From: Ginglymostoma cirratum
Lineage: Eukaryota
Length of the DNA: 64,000 bases
Reading direction: 5' to 3'
Assembly (NCBI GenBank): GCA_024137785.1
Contig: JAHRHZ010000270.1
Location: forward strand, 31,998,461-32,062,460
This document shows, piece after piece, positions 39,801 through 53,563 of the stretch (position 1 is the first letter of the stretch; each line of letters opens with the position of its first letter). Under the pieces are notes generated by a model. The model made no database searches. It was not told the DNA's origin and worked only from the letters and a program-made list of their open reading frames with translations. The position numbers were made by a program, and so were the translations under genes.

Positions 39801-40625
39801 CTTGAAGCTGGCGTAATTCTACCAATAAAGCTGTTAAACTGATTTTGATTAAAAAAAGCATTATTTGCCGACTTCCTGCCCCTCCAATACTCATTGATGC
39901 CGACAGTTTGCCAAACCTATAGGTTGTATCACATGAAACAATTTTTTTATTCTAATGGTACACTTGCTATTTCTTCTCAAGAGGGAGGCAATCTCTACGG
40001 TTAATTTTTTTCTGTAACTCAGATCTCAATAATTTTGTTCACAGATCTTCTTGCAATTGCTCCATTAATTATATTGATGTAAAGCTTTATAGAGCCCCTT
40101 AGCTCCACTGAGCTTTCAATTCTTTAAGCATGACTGTGTACCCTTTATGAGAAAATTTCAACATCCTTAAAGAGTGAATTAATCTGTTTTCATCTGTGAC
40201 TTGGACCTCCAACTCAAAATGTGTCTTCCAGTGCCACTCCAGAGTCTTGAGTACCAAATCCAGGCTGACATTTCCTGTTAAGTACTGAGGGCAGTATTGA
40301 AGGTGCTGCCTTTTAGAGGAGACCTTAAGACCAAGAGCCATTTTGCCCTCTCATGCACATGACACTATTATTAAAATTCATCCTGTGGTGTGTTCCCCTC
40401 CTTATTTGCTATTTCAAGGGAGTAGTGCATCAGTGTCAGGGAGCAAATGCTTAGTGCAGAAGCTTTGAATCATCTGTTTTAGGGATGTTGGTTAAGGGTA
40501 AATGTTAGATAGGGTCATCATGGAGAATGCCCCTGGTCCTCTTTGAAGTTGCCACTGGAGTTACTATGTCTACCTAAGACAGCAGACTTTGGGCACAAAA
40601 TCAAGGCTGATACTTCCCACATCGT

Positions 40626-40950
40626 CATAGAATCCCTACAGTGCAGAAAGAGACCAATCAGCCCACATCACCCCTCCAAACAGCATCCCATGCAGGCCCA
40701 GTCTCCTACCTGACTCCCATAACCCTGCATTTACCAGGGTTAATCCACCTAGCTTGCTCCTAATCCCTGAGCACTACAGACGATTTAGCAATTCCACCTA
40801 ACCTGCACATCTTTGGAATGTGGGAGGAAACCCATGCAGGCACAAGGGAGAATGTGCAAACTTCACACAGACAGTCACCCAAGGCTGGAATCAAACACAG
40901 AGGCCGTGCACTGTGAGGCAGTGGTGCTAACCACTGAGCCACTGTGCTGC
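40626..40950 (-). mobile_element. HE1-like V-SINE
   Basis: tRNA head gtggctcagtggttagcacc, V-domain gggtttcctcccaca, and tail ctgtagggattctatg. Partial copies at 21020-21110, 46397-46570 and 49645-49845. Confidence 0.8.
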
Positions 40951-41756
40951 ACATATCAACGATTGCCTGTAGGTTGTGGATTTCCTTCTCTGCCTCTTTC
41001 CCGCTCTCTCCCCTCTCCTTCAAATCTATGTCTTTGACCAAGATCTTGGTTACTTCTGCTAATATCTATTTGGTGTTAATTTGTATCAGATAATGCTCCT
41101 GTGAAGTACTTTGGGAAACTTTGCAATGTTAAAGGCCTAATATAACTGTAATTTAGTGTTGATGTTGTTGCCCTCCTAAAGGATACTTCTGACTTGCATC
41201 ATGACATAACATTTACATATTTGGCGATAATGCATGCTAACATTTAGAGCACTGTCTGGGGATTATTCTAAAGTATTTTTATGAAAGGAATCAAAACTCT
41301 AAAAGGGTTAAATAAAACATAAATTGAATGAATGAAAGTGCTGAGTATAAAAAGATAAAGGAGATTCATAGTTATAACAAATTCTATATTTGATCATTCG
41401 CCGGTCTCCAGTGTGCTTCAGTAATAATCTTATGTTTTTACACTGTGCAACACTGATATGGACTGTCATCTAGTGATAGGGGTTTGACATTACATCTTTT
41501 GTTACATGTATAGGTTTATCTAAGTTTGTTTACCTAAGGCTGTTAATTGTGACTGGTCACTGTTCTGGAGATTTCATTTCACTCCTTCCCCTGCCCCTAT
41601 GTTTTCTTCCCCCTCACCATTGGATGTATGGCATGTTCATCTTAGGCAGTCCATGAGTTGTCCCTGAGAAGGTGATAGTAAACTGCCTTCTTGTGTAGGA
41701 ATACCTACAGTGCAGTTGATGTGGAGGGAATAAATGTTGAAGATAGTTAATGGGGT

Positions 41757-42276
41757 CAAAAACAAAGTTGCTGGAAAAGCTCAGCAGGTCTGGCAGCATC
41801 TGTGGAGGAGAAAACAGAGTTAACGTTTCGGGTCCGGTGACCCTTCCTCAGAACTGATGGTGGCTGGGAAGACGTCAGTTTATATGCAGAAAATAGGGAG
41901 GTGGGTGGGGTAGGGAGTAAACGATAGGATAGAGCCCAAAGAGAGAGAAAGACAGTTGGACAGACGGACGAGTTGCTAACGATCAGGCTGGGAGGGTGAA
42001 TGTTGTTAATGGGGACTGTTAGTGACTAACAACAGTGGGTGTGTAATGGCAGGCTATGTGGTAACAAGGCCTGGTGTGTGGGGTGGGGGCTGGGACATGG
42101 GAGAGTTTAGGCCCTAAAATTATTGAACTCAATATTGAGTCCGGAGGGCTGTAGGGTCCCCAAGCGGAAGATGAGGTGTTGTTCCTCGAGCTTGAGCTGG
42201 GCTTCACTGGAACACTGTAGCATGCCAGAGACAGAGATGTTGGCCAGGAGGCAAGGTGGTGCATTGAAGTGGCGAT
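41757..42276 (-). mobile_element. 5'-truncated PLE family D copy inserted in a LINE
   Basis: GIY-YIG C-terminus (LEEQHLIFRLGTLQPSGLNIEF frame). 11-bp TSD GTTAATGGGGT at 41746-41756 and 42277-42287. Confidence 0.88.
41816..41856 (-). ncRNA. Minimal hammerhead ribozyme, family D, intact core
   Basis: agtt-CTGAGGA-A-GGGTC-accg-GACCC-GAAA-CG-TT-aact. Confidence 0.78.
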
Positions 42277-43144
42277 GTTAATGGGGTGTTGATCAAGTGG
42301 ACTGTCTTGCATTGGATGGTAGCAAGTACCTTGAGTGTTGTTGGAGTTGCACTCATTCAAGCAAGAAGGAAGTATTCTATCAGACTTCATTCATAACTTT
42401 TCATCATGTTATTAAAAAAACTCCACTTTACTACAGAGCAATAAAAGTGTCCATTATCCAGGCCCTTTGAAGCTTTAATACCTCAACCACAATCCACTTG
42501 AAACTGTTTAACCTTGTGTAAACAAATGTTGTGAAAATATTAGAGTTCAGACAACCAGAGCTGTCGATCAATGCTTGGGTGCAGATCTTATAATTTTATG
42601 ATAATCCAGCCAAGAATACATAATGAGGTGTGAGGGTTTTATAGCTTGGTTTGGGCTGAAAGAGGGAGGTAAGATGGGGGCACACCTTGGCTTGAGGCAA
42701 TGGTGGTCTATAAGAGTTGTTTGGGAAATACTTTGGCATGGGGGCACATAATGGTCCATAGAGGGGAGGAGGCATACCTCGTCATGGAGGTATGATGGAA
42801 CAGAGAGTTGTTTGGGGCGCCTATCTTGGCATGTGGAAGGGCATGAGGAGGACACTTTGAAGAAAATTTCAAAAGGTTCCCTCACAAAGTCAATGGCTCT
42901 AAGATGTCTCTGAGATGCTGTCAATCACAACTCTTTACAAATCTGACATGACTCAATTAAAACTGTGGAGCAGTCGGAAATGTCTATCACTGCAATGGAG
43001 CTGGCCAATGAGGAACAGTGGTAAGGCTTCATAACCCCAAGGAGCTGCAACTTTGAAAGGTCCCAGTGAAAATCAGAAAGCCTGGGAATGAAGTTAGGAA
43101 TCCTGGAATCGGGTCCTGGCCACCATTTTTATAGAACTTCTGAG

Positions 43145-44590
43145 TCATAGAGATGTACAGCCATGGAAAGGGACCCTTCCGTCCAACTCGTTCATGCCAA
43201 CCAGATATCCTAAATTAATCTAGTCCCATTTGTCAGCATTTGGCCCATATCCCTCTAAACCCTTCCTATTCATATACCCATCCAGATGCCTTTTAAATGT
43301 TGTAATTGTACCAGCGTCTACCACTTCCCCTGTCAGCTTGTTCCATACACACACCACTCTTTGCATGAAAAAGTAGCCCCTCACGTCCCTTTTAAATCTT
43401 TCTCCTCTCACCTTCAACCTAGTTTTGGACTCCCCCACCCCAGGGAATATATCTTGGCTATTTACCCTATCCAAGCCCCTCATGATTTTATAAACCTCTA
43501 TAAGGTCACCCCTCAGCCTCTGATGCTCCAGGGAAAACAGCCTCAACCTATTCAGCCTCTCCCTACAGCTCAAACCCTCCAACCCCCACAACATCCTTGG
43601 AAATATTTTCTGAACCTTTCAAGTTTTACAACATCATTCCTATAGCAGGGAGACCAGAATTGCACGCCATATTCCAAAAGGGGCCTCATCAATGTCCTGT
43701 ACAGCCGCAACATGACCTTCCAACTCCTAAACTCAATGCACTGACCAATAAAAGCAAGCTTACCAAGCTTTTTCTTCACTATTCTGTCTACTTGCAATGC
43801 CACTTTCAAGAAACAATGAACCTGCACTTCAAGGTCTCTTTGTTCAGCAACACTCCCCAGCACCTTGCCATTAAGTGTACTGCCCTGATTTGCCTTTCCA
43901 AAATGCAGCACCTCATATTTATCTAAATTAAACTCCATCTGCCACTCCTCAGCCCATTGGCCCATCTGATCAAGATCCCGTTGTACTCGGAGGTAACCTT
44001 CTTCGCTGTCCACTGCAACTCCAGTTTTGCTGTCATCTGCAAACTTACTAACCAAACCTCCTATGTTCACAGCCATATCCATTTATATAAATGATGAAAA
44101 GCAGTGGACCCAGCACCGATCCTTGTCGCACACCGCTCGTCACATGTCTCCAGTCTGGAAAACAACCCTGCACCAACACCCAGAGATATCAAGAACTGCA
44201 GATGCTGCAGTCAGAGGCAACACAGTGTAGAGCTGGAGGATCACAGCAGGCCAGGCAGCATCAGAGGAACAGGAAAGTTGACATTTTGGGTCAGGACATT
44301 TCTTTAGAAATGGGGGAGGTGGATGGGAGCTTAGAAAAAAATAGAGAGAGGGGGGTGGGGCTGGGGAAAGGTAAGTGGGATGGTGATAGGTGAGTGCAGG
44401 TAGGGAGTGGTGGGGATAGGTCAGTGGGATGGGAGGGGCGGCTAGGTGGGAGAGAAGATGGACAGGTTGGTGTCAGGTCAAGGAGGTGGGATGTTACCTT
44501 CACCACCACCCTCTGTCTTGTACCTTCGAGGCAGTTCTGTATCCAAATGGCTAGTTCTCCCTGTATTCCATGTGATCTAATCTTGATAAC
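43145..44590 (-). mobile_element. Relatively young CR1 (HER1-like) LINE 3' portion, interrupted by a PLE fragment
   Basis: SKFADDSK, WQMEFNLDK, RPLLEYGVQFWSP and RLRGDLIEVYKIM motifs. Confidence 0.9.
44182..44495 (-). mobile_element. PLE family A related 3' fragment nested in CR1
   Basis: Tail and purine-rich segment resemble 17022-17310. Imperfect flanking repeat caccaNcaccc. Confidence 0.8.
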
Positions 44591-47494
44591 CAGTCAATTA
44601 AACTCACTGAAAATCTGAACCATTACATCAATCCGCCCCTGACATTTAATTGGAAGCAATTTGTACTTATCCAGTACTGTATATTGGAATCTGATAATTA
44701 AACAACAGCAGAGGAGTTGAGAGTGGTGCTGAGTTTAAACTGGACATTATCAATGTCCTTGTGAAAACTAACACTGTGTTTTCGTATGATGTTACCACAG
44801 CCCAGCAGGTAGATAAAGGAGAGGACCAGGGATCGATCCTTCGGGGTCATTAGAGGTCATGGTGTGGGAACAGGAAGCAAAACCACTGCACGTGATGCAT
44901 GGAATCATGGAAAAATTAATGCACAGTAAGAGGCCATTCAGCCCATCATTGATGTCTAAGCTCACCACCCATTCTAATCTCTCTTTCCAGTACTTTGTAT
45001 ACAGCCTTACAGGTTACAGGGCTATGGGTGTCAACTTTTAAATTGTTGATAATTTCTGCTGCAACAACCAAACAGGGCAGCAAATTTCAGACATCCACCA
45101 CCGTCTGAGTGAAAAAGTTCTTCCTTATGTCTCCACTAACCCTTTTATCAATTACCTTAAATCTATCTCCCTAAATAACTGACCATTCTATTGGGGCAAA
45201 AGGTTTTCCCTGTCTACTCTATCCAAGCTGCTCATAACTCCGATAAACATTAATCAGACAAATAGTGAGAACATCTAGTTTTAGGTGTTGAGTTGGGTAT
45301 AAGTTCCAGCCATGAGGGAGGCTGTAGAGACTTTCACCAGCTTTTCTTCAAAATACCAAAATGGGACTTTTTTTTACATCTACCTGAGAGGGCAGATGAT
45401 GTCACTTTAATACTGCGATCAAAAGATGGCAACTCTGACAACGCAGCACCCCATCAGTACTTCACTGTGAGTGTTACCTGTAGCTGTGGGCCCAAGTCTC
45501 TGGAGTGGGATGGCCTTCTGATACCAACTGAGGCAGAGTTGAGAGCAGGGATAAAGACACTACGCAGAATTCTATTGGCTAACCACAATATTAGTGACAA
45601 AAATTGAAACCCAAATGACAACAAACCCTTTAACTGAATGGTACTTTTATGATGTCTATTACTGTAGGGAGCTGAATCTAAACAAAAGAACACAAAGGAG
45701 GCATTCATTTACATTGCATCTTAACAGTCTCTGAATATCCTAAAGTACTCCAAATACCATAAATGACTTTAACTTGCAGTCACAATTGTTAAGTGACCAA
45801 ACGCTTTAGTTATTTTTAGACACAGCCAAAACCTACAAATGGTACTGAGATGTTAATCAGAGTTTTTTCAGTGCTGTTGACTGAGGAAGGATGTTGATCA
45901 GCTTTTGGGAATCATACCATGGGGTATACAAACAATACGCAAGGTCTCAGAATGTCCCACAGCATTTTACAGCCATTTAAATACTCTGGGCTGCAGTGAT
46001 ATTGGAATGCTGGAACTGTAATAGTCAGTGTATGCTCAGAAAGCTCCCACAAATTATATTACCATGACGGCCAGGGGCAGCTGGGGCATGGGGAGGGAGT
46101 TAGAGAGTTGACAAGGAATTGGGTGGTCAGACTGAAGTTGAGTGTTGGGATCTAGACATCTCAGGGGTGAGTCTGAGGGTCAGAGAGGAGTTGGGTGGTG
46201 GAGTCTATTCAGCTTAGGTTGGTTGGCAGTTGGAGGGTCAAACTGGCGTTAGACTGTGGTTGGGTCCAGGTGAGTCTGGCGTGGATCACTAAAGGTCAAC
46301 TATACGGTTACCTGGAAGCTGGACGTGGCTTTAATCTTTCTGAACATTTCCTGAATAATAATTCAAGTAACTAAATCAGAAGTATCCAGAAATATAGAAT
46401 CATAGAATCCCTACAGTGCAGATAGAGGCCATTGGACCCTCCAAACAGCGTCCCACCCAAACGTATTCCCCCATCCTAAACCCATCATCCCGTGTTAACC
46501 ATGGCTAATCCACCTAGTCTGTGCATCCCTGGCCACTACGGGCAATTTACCATGGTCAATCCACCTAACTTTGTCAGCAAGTCTTAGGGAGCAAGGAAAC
46601 TATCCATTCGAAACTCAGACTCTCCACTCCATTCCTGTGGTGGTTGGTGCATCGGGATTTCTGTGATGTCCTGAAGCACAACTCTGGTCATACATCTTGT
46701 CTCCAAGTATCTGTAGAGCTGAAGCTCTGGGCCAATATATCATCCATGGTTCCTCTGATAGTGAAGCACTCCCTAGTTAACCTTATTTAAGGAAGTTGAT
46801 GTACATGAACCTATGAAGTTTATTCTCAATCTAAGGGTTGCACCTTCAACAGTGTAACGTCATCTTCAAATGTCCATGCCAAATGAGGCTTAAACTAATG
46901 TCTCCTAACTCCAAGAAAAGCTTATTATTAACTGATTTAAGTTAGCCTTCAATAATTGGACACTTAGAAGGGCTATTAAAATGGGTGTATTTTCAAATTA
47001 AAATAGCTGGTGTTTTTGTAAATTACAAATCTCTAAAATATCCTTCATATTTGAAAATATAACCATTTTTAATTTCGACTTGGATCTTATGAACACCTTA
47101 CAGTTGATTATGTAAATGCTACTGACATCTTGTGGTTAGAATGCATCAATATAATTGAGATATTTTTGGAGCTGTTTGAATAAATATAACTCAAAAACCA
47201 ATAACAACTTGAATTTATATCATGTCCTTAATGGAGAAATACACCCCAAACCACTTAAAGTGGACCTTAACATAAATACTTGAGATTCCTTAGATTTGGT
47301 TGATATTTTTATTGAGGGACAATGATAATCTGCAAAATACACATTACTCACTGCATAAGGCAAACTCATCCAAAAGTGCAGTGTATTCACAATGACATTA
47401 ATTTCTAACCACATACTCAAGGGGTTCTGAAGGAGTTTTGGGCATGTGTGCCTGCATTCATGGTATCAAATATAATCAGTTATTCATTGACATT

Positions 47495-47850
47495 TTTTTA
47501 GTCCTTCTTAGAAAATGGGTGTCAATGGCTGGGCCAGCATTTATTACCAATCCCTACTTGCCCCGTGGGTAAGCGGAAACTACATTGCTGTAGGTCTGGA
47601 GTCAGGTGTATGCCAAACTAGGTAGGGATGACAGACTTTCTTCCCTAAAGCAAAACAATGAAACCAGATGGACTTTTACAATTATTGTTGCATGATCACT
47701 ATTAGACTAGCTATTAATTCTGGAATATTTTTATTGCATTCAAATTTCACCTTTTGCCATGGTTGGATTCAAACTCGTGTTCTCAGACTATTTAGCCTGG
47801 ATCTCTGGATTACTGGTCCCATGACATTACCATTATACTACTGATTCCCC
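47495..47850 (-). mobile_element. tRNA-derived SINE (family of 36480 and 56252)
   Basis: Reverse-complement similarity to those copies. Confidence 0.7.
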
Positions 47851-47911
47851 TAATACTTACAGACTTAGAAAGAAGGATGTTAATTTTTGATGATATGTGG
47901 GTCTGTTTTCC

Positions 47912-48091
47912 TTATTTAACTTTCTGGTTGACGTTTCTGTTTTTCTTTCGGTTCTGGAATTGGAGTGGAGCACTTTTCATTTCAGCCATAATGTCAACAT
48001 CCAGCGATTCCAGATCTGGTTCAAGCTCTTCAAACTCTGCTTCAAAATTTTCCATTGGCTCCAAACATGCTAATATAATGGACCCAACCTT
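47912..48091 (-). CDS. Candidate terminal coding exon of an unidentified gene (KVGSIILACLEPMENFEAEFEELEPDLESLDVDIMAEMKSAPLQFQNRKKNRNVNQKVK*)
   Basis: Acceptor attattttgacag; protein-like acidic block followed by a basic block; gtaagt donor at 47860, 51 nt after the stop. Confidence 0.4.
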   Translation of the reverse strand, partial: KVGSIILACLEPMENFEAEFEELEPDLESLDVDIMAEMKSAPLQFQNRKKNRNVNQKVK

Positions 48092-48892
48092 CTGTCAAAA
48101 TAATTGTGCAAATATCTTTTTTAGTGAGGAGATTTATCATCCTTCAATCCCAAACAACCTCCCCACCCACAAAGGAAATAATTTAAAAGAGGTGTCTTAG
48201 TTCAGCATCCAAAATTTAAATTTTCAAATGTTTTTCTTTCTTTTCCTTTCTGTCCCTGTATAATCTTCTTTTCTCTTTGTTTCTTGACCCATTCCTGATC
48301 CGATTCTAATCCATTATTTCCTTTTCTGTGGTTTATGTGTTTTTTTCCCACTCTCACTAGAGGAACACTGCTGGTCCCATCATTCAACATGGTTCCACAC
48401 ACTCCACTTCCTGCACCATGCCATCATGACCTTGCACTTCCAACAGTTTGTGACATAAATTCTACTTATATTGTTGAACAAATACCACTCCAGTCCAATT
48501 AGATTTGGTCAAAAATTTCAAGGTGGAATTAGATTCAGGATAAAGTTCTTGACAGGTTGCCCCAAAAGTTATTCCTTAGCCTCACTTGCAAGTAATAACG
48601 GGCAGTATAATTTCCCACAGCAGGCTTCAGGCAGAAGCTCTGTGAGAAATGATCAATAGTGGCATGACTACCCATGTATCGTATAAAGGCCTAATTAAAT
48701 TTCTACCATGTGGGGTCTAATATCACCAGCCTGGACAGATATTTGAATTTAGATCTTCGATTTGAAAGGCTGGTGACTAATCCGCTGCACCTCTGAACTT
48801 GCCCAATTTTCTTTTAAAATGTCAACTGTTCCAAGGAAATTGCCAACGTGAAAATTGCTGATCTCCGAAGATCCAGGAATCAGCAAAGTATC

Positions 48893-49340
48893 ATGGTGGC
48901 TCAATGGTAAGCACTGCTACCTCACAGCACCTGGGTCCCAGGTTCAACCCCAGCTTAGGGTTTTTTATTCATTCACGGGATGAGGCTAGGAAGCATTTAT
49001 TGCCCATCCCTAATTGCCCAGAGGGCAGTTCAAAGTCAACCACATTACCGTGGGTCTGGAGTCACATGTAGACCAGACCAGGTAAGGATGGCAGTTTCCC
49101 TGTCAATTTCCTCCAGGTGCTCTGGTTTCCTCCCACAGTCCAAAGATGTGCACGTAAAGAGGATTGCCCATGCTAAATTTCACATAGTGATCATGGGTGT
49201 GTAGGTTAGGTGCATTAGCCACAAGAAAATGCAGGGATAGGGTAGGGGGATGGGTCTGTATGGGATGCTCTTCAGAGGCTCGGTGTGGACTTGTTGAGCC
49301 GAATGGCCTGTTTCCACACTGTGGGGATTCTATGGTTCTA
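48893..49340 (+). mobile_element. HE1-like V-SINE with an antisense SINE tail nested at ~48961-49102
   Basis: Head 48893-48960; V-domain and tail 49105-49340; the insert matches the reverse complement of the 56460-56610 tail. Confidence 0.75.
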
Positions 49341-50569
49341 TGTGTGTCTGATTCCTTTCTGACCAGTGCTAGAGCAGACATCTGTGTGATATTCAACAGG
49401 TGAATGATGTTTATATCATCTAAATGTATTTGCTTGAGATCAGCCATGGCTTCTGCTTCATGATTCACAAACGCCTACATTTTTGCTATTTGCTGAAACC
49501 AAGTAATAAATATACCAAACTTTCAATTTGAGCAGTCTGTAACTTAATTTCTTCCATCTCAGTAAAAGTGAGTGCTTCCTGAGACAGTACAAAAACAGAC
49601 CATTTTCATTTTATTTGAGGCATATTTTCCCACATTTTATGATTCATAGAATCCTTATAGCGTAGAAGCAGGCTATTCGGCCCATCAAGTGCACACCAAT
49701 CTTCTGAACAATATTTCACCTAGACCTACCCTATCCCCAAAACCCTGCATTTCCCGTGGCTAAGCCACCTAACCCGTACATTCCTGGACATTATGGGCAA
49801 TCCACCTAACTTGCTCATCTTTGGACTGTGGGAGGAAACTGGAGCATTTGCTCACTCATTCTCAAATTTTATTTTGCGAATATTCTGCAAATAAAACCAT
49901 AATCATCCCAATAAAAAAATGCATATATAACAAAGGACTAGAAATATCACACACAACTGACATGAAAAACTGAATTCTACTTCACAGGTTTCTGAATATC
50001 TGTGGAAAAGTGAAGGTTGAGAGGTGACCTAATAGAGGTATTTAAGATTATTCATGTATTTTATTGAGTAAACATTCAGATGTCTTCATTTGTAGGGAAT
50101 CCAATAATGTAAGGTAGTGACAAATAAATCCTATAGGGAATCCCTTGGCGAATAGTTAGAATGTAGAACTTGCTACTAATCACGGTAACATTTAACAGAT
50201 TGTTGCATTTACAGGAAACTAGATTAAAGGGGGAAAGAAATAAAAAGTGCCGTTATAAGAGTGAGGTGAAGTTTCATCTGGAGTATCAATACCAACATTG
50301 ATAGTAGGCAGATATTGATGTGAAACTTTAACACAGTTCCTCCTTTCACAGATGCTGTTTGGCCTGATGAGTATTTCCAACCCTTTTTGGATTCAATCCT
50401 ACATGGACTTGTCAGTATTACAAATTCCATTCCTATGATTCCCTCTCAAAAAACCTTGAAATGGTGTAGCACAAAACAGGCAGCAGGACTCATTAAGCCT
50501 ACAGTTATGTTTTCGTTCCACAATAGCTTGTGGAACACAATTCTAATTGCCAATCCCAACCCCCTATCC

Positions 50570-50652
50570 CTTCTGAGGAAGGGATACTCGATCCAAAACG
50601 TTAACTCTGATTTCTCTCCACAGATGCTGCCACACCTGCTGAGCTTTTCCAA
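50570..50652 (+). mobile_element. Short PLE family D copy starting at a decayed hammerhead
   Basis: ttCTGAGGA-A-GGGAT-actc-GATCC-AAAA-CG-TTA-actctg followed by the tail. Confidence 0.75.
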
Positions 50653-50719
50653 TGATTCCTATTCAAATATCTTGTGGTTGATTGGCGCCTTCATTTGCTT
50701 GTGGGCTGAGTGGAAGTGT

Positions 50720-51640
50720 TCTGCAGAATCTGTAGATGGTCTCCCCACTATAGAGGACATGGTACTCTGGGCAGCAAGAATACTTAAATGAAGCTCCTGG
50801 TAGATCACTGTTGCAGCTAGAAAGAAGTTGAGATTTTGGCTGGTCTTCAGTAAAGAGGTGGCAGGTCAGGTGCTGCATCTCCTCTGCTAACACTGTAAAT
50901 TGCCTTGGGCTTGTGAAATGGTGTTGGGAGTGCCAAAATGGGAACAGGTCCTTTGGAGGAATGAGGCGAAGGGTTAAAGCAGAAGTTCAGGGAAAAAACT
51001 AAGATGGAAAAAACATAGTGGAGAACAAAAGGAAAAGGAAGAAATATCTGAAGCACTGCAGTGAAAGGTGGCATCGTCAGAACAAGTGCAACAAAGTTGA
51101 AGAAACTAGGACAATGGAATAGAGTCTTTGATGCTTTGATGAAATGTAATGAGGGTAGCTGCGGGAATCAGTGGGCTTGTAGTGGATATTGGTTGTTGGA
51201 CAATCTCTAGAAAGGGAAACAGAAAAATTGACAAAGGGAACAGTTGGATATAGACCATGAGAACCATTGGAACATAGAAGGTGAGATAATGGCAGACAGC
51301 AGAAGGAAAATTGATGAAACATTTAAATTCAGGGCAAGAACAGAGGACGCCAAAAACATTACCAAGGAAAGATGTAAGAGCAAAGACATGAATATGGCTG
51401 AAACAAAATATATTCCAGATAGCTTACAAAAATACAGGCATATAGCTAGGACTGCATGGAGGTTACAGGAATTAATGTGGGAGTTCAATGTGAGAACCAG
51501 GCTGGGAGGGTGTTGGTGGATGGGGACTGTTTGAGGCTCTCTTCGGCAAAGAAACAAAAAGCTTTCAGACCAATCTGATGAGGGGTGGGGTTGCAGAGAC
51601 TTTGGACATCTGTGGCAAAAAGGAAACTGTTAGGACTAGG
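50720..51640 (-). mobile_element. Old, fragmented PLE RT/EN remnant
   Basis: TNIHYKPTDSRSYPHY parallels TDVHFKPTDSHSYLEY of the young copy; LVLTLN segment present. Boundaries approximate. Confidence 0.6.
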
Positions 51641-52545
51641 AAACTTTTTTTTATTTATTCATTCATGGGAAGAGGGCATCATTGACTGGGCTAGCATTTA
51701 CTGACCATTCCTAATTTCCCAGATGGTAGTTAAGAATCAGCCATGTTGCTGTGGGTCTGGAGTCATATATCAGCTGGAGCAGGGAAGGCTTCCATTTTCC
51801 TTTATTAAAAGACATTAGGGATAAACTAAAGGAAATTGTTAAAGTAAGGAAGGGCATTGCAAGGACTTTGGAGATGGGTAATAAAAGACTGGACAAGGGG
51901 AGAAGGAATGAGGTTGAAACAGAAAGAAATCAGTTCTGTGAGACATAATTCTCTTTGTCTTTTCCTATCACAGACCTTTCTTTTTGTTCTTTCCTGCTGT
52001 ACCCTCCAACGCCACCCCCAATTACCTGACTACCTCCTCCCCAACCAGCCCCAAGTCTTTATCTACCTCTACACTGGTTTAAAACATGTCACAACTCTAT
52101 TTTCCAATTCTGCTAATAGGCCATTGACCTGAAATTTAACTCTGCATCTCTCTTTCCTCAGATGCTGCCAGATCTGTTGTGTATTTCCAGAATTTTCTGC
52201 TTGTGGCTCAGATTTCCACCATCAGCAGCATTTTGCTTTTGTAGCCTTTGTCTGCCCCTCATTCAATTTTTCACAATCCTCATCATTATCCCCCAAATTT
52301 GGTTTAATCAGCAGATTCCAGTTCAGATTTCTTAAATTCTAGTTCCAGGTCATTGTATTAAAACAAATAATGGTGACCACAGCACAGGTGCCTTTTCATT
52401 AATTTTTAGATTAGGTTTTAGAGCAATATTTTATTGTGATGAGAATGGGATGGGGGATATGAGAATGGACAATGAAAATTCCTAGATAACAAGCATGGGG
52501 CTGGATGAACACAGCAGGTCAAGCAGCATCATAGGAGCAGGAAAG

Positions 52546-52579
52546 CTTGACGTTTCAGGCCTAGACCCTTCATCAGAAA
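52546..52579 (-). ncRNA. Minimal hammerhead ribozyme, family A (left arm)
   Basis: CTGATGA-A-GGG-tctagg-CCT-GAAA-CG-TC-aag, with one C>T change giving a G-U pair. Confidence 0.7.
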
Positions 52580-53163
52580 TGGGGGAGGGGAAGAGGGTTC
52601 TGAAATAAATAGGGAGAGAGGGGGAGGCGGATAGAGGATGGATAGAGGAGAGGATAGGTGGGGAGGAGGCAGACAAGTCGAAGAGGCGGGGATGGAGCCA
52701 GTAAAGGTGAGTGTAGGTAGGGGGGTAGGGAGGAGATAGGTCAGTCCAGGGAGGACGGACAGGTCAAGGGGGCGGGATGATGTTAGTAGATAGGAGATGG
52801 GGGTGTGGCTTGGGGTGAGAGGAAAAACAGGTTAGGGAGGTGGAGATGAGCTGGGCTGGTTTTGGGATGCGGTTGGGGGAGGGGAGATTTTGAAGCTTGT
52901 GAAATCCACATTGATGCCATTGGGCTGCAGGGTTCCCAGGCTGAATATGATTTGCTGTTCCTGCAGCCTTCGGGTGGCATCACTGTGGCATTGTAGGAGG
53001 CCCAGGATTGACATGTCATCTGAGGAATGGGAGGGGGAGTTGAAATGATTCGCGACTGGGAGGTGCAGTTGTTTGTTGCGAACTGAGCGCAGGTGTTCTG
53101 CAAAGCGGTCCCCAAGCCTCTGCTTGGTTTCCCCGATGTAGAGGAAGCCACAACGGGTACAGC

Positions 53164-53563
53164 NNNNNNNNNNNNNNNNNNNNNNNNNNNNNNNNNNNNN
53201 NNNNNNNNNNNNNNNNNNNNNNNNNNNNNNNNNNNNNNNNNNNNNNNNNNNNNNNNNNNNNNNNNNNNNNNNNNNNNNNNNNNNNNNNNNNNNNNNNNNN
53301 NNNNNNNNNNNNNNNNNNNNNNNNNNNNNNNNNNNNNNNNNNNNNNNNNNNNNNNNNNNNNNNNNNNNNNNNNNNNNNNNNNNNNNNNNNNNNNNNNNNN
53401 NNNNNNNNNNNNNNNNNNNNNNNNNNNNNNNNNNNNNNNNNNNNNNNNNNNNNNNNNNNNNNNNNNNNNNNNNNNNNNNNNNNNNNNNNNNNNNNNNNNN
53501 NNNNNNNNNNNNNNNNNNNNNNNNNNNNNNNNNNNNNNNNNNNNNNNNNNNNNNNNNNNNNNN
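53164..53563. other. Assembly gap (400 N)
   Basis: Run of N at the centre of the inverted repeat. Confidence 1.
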
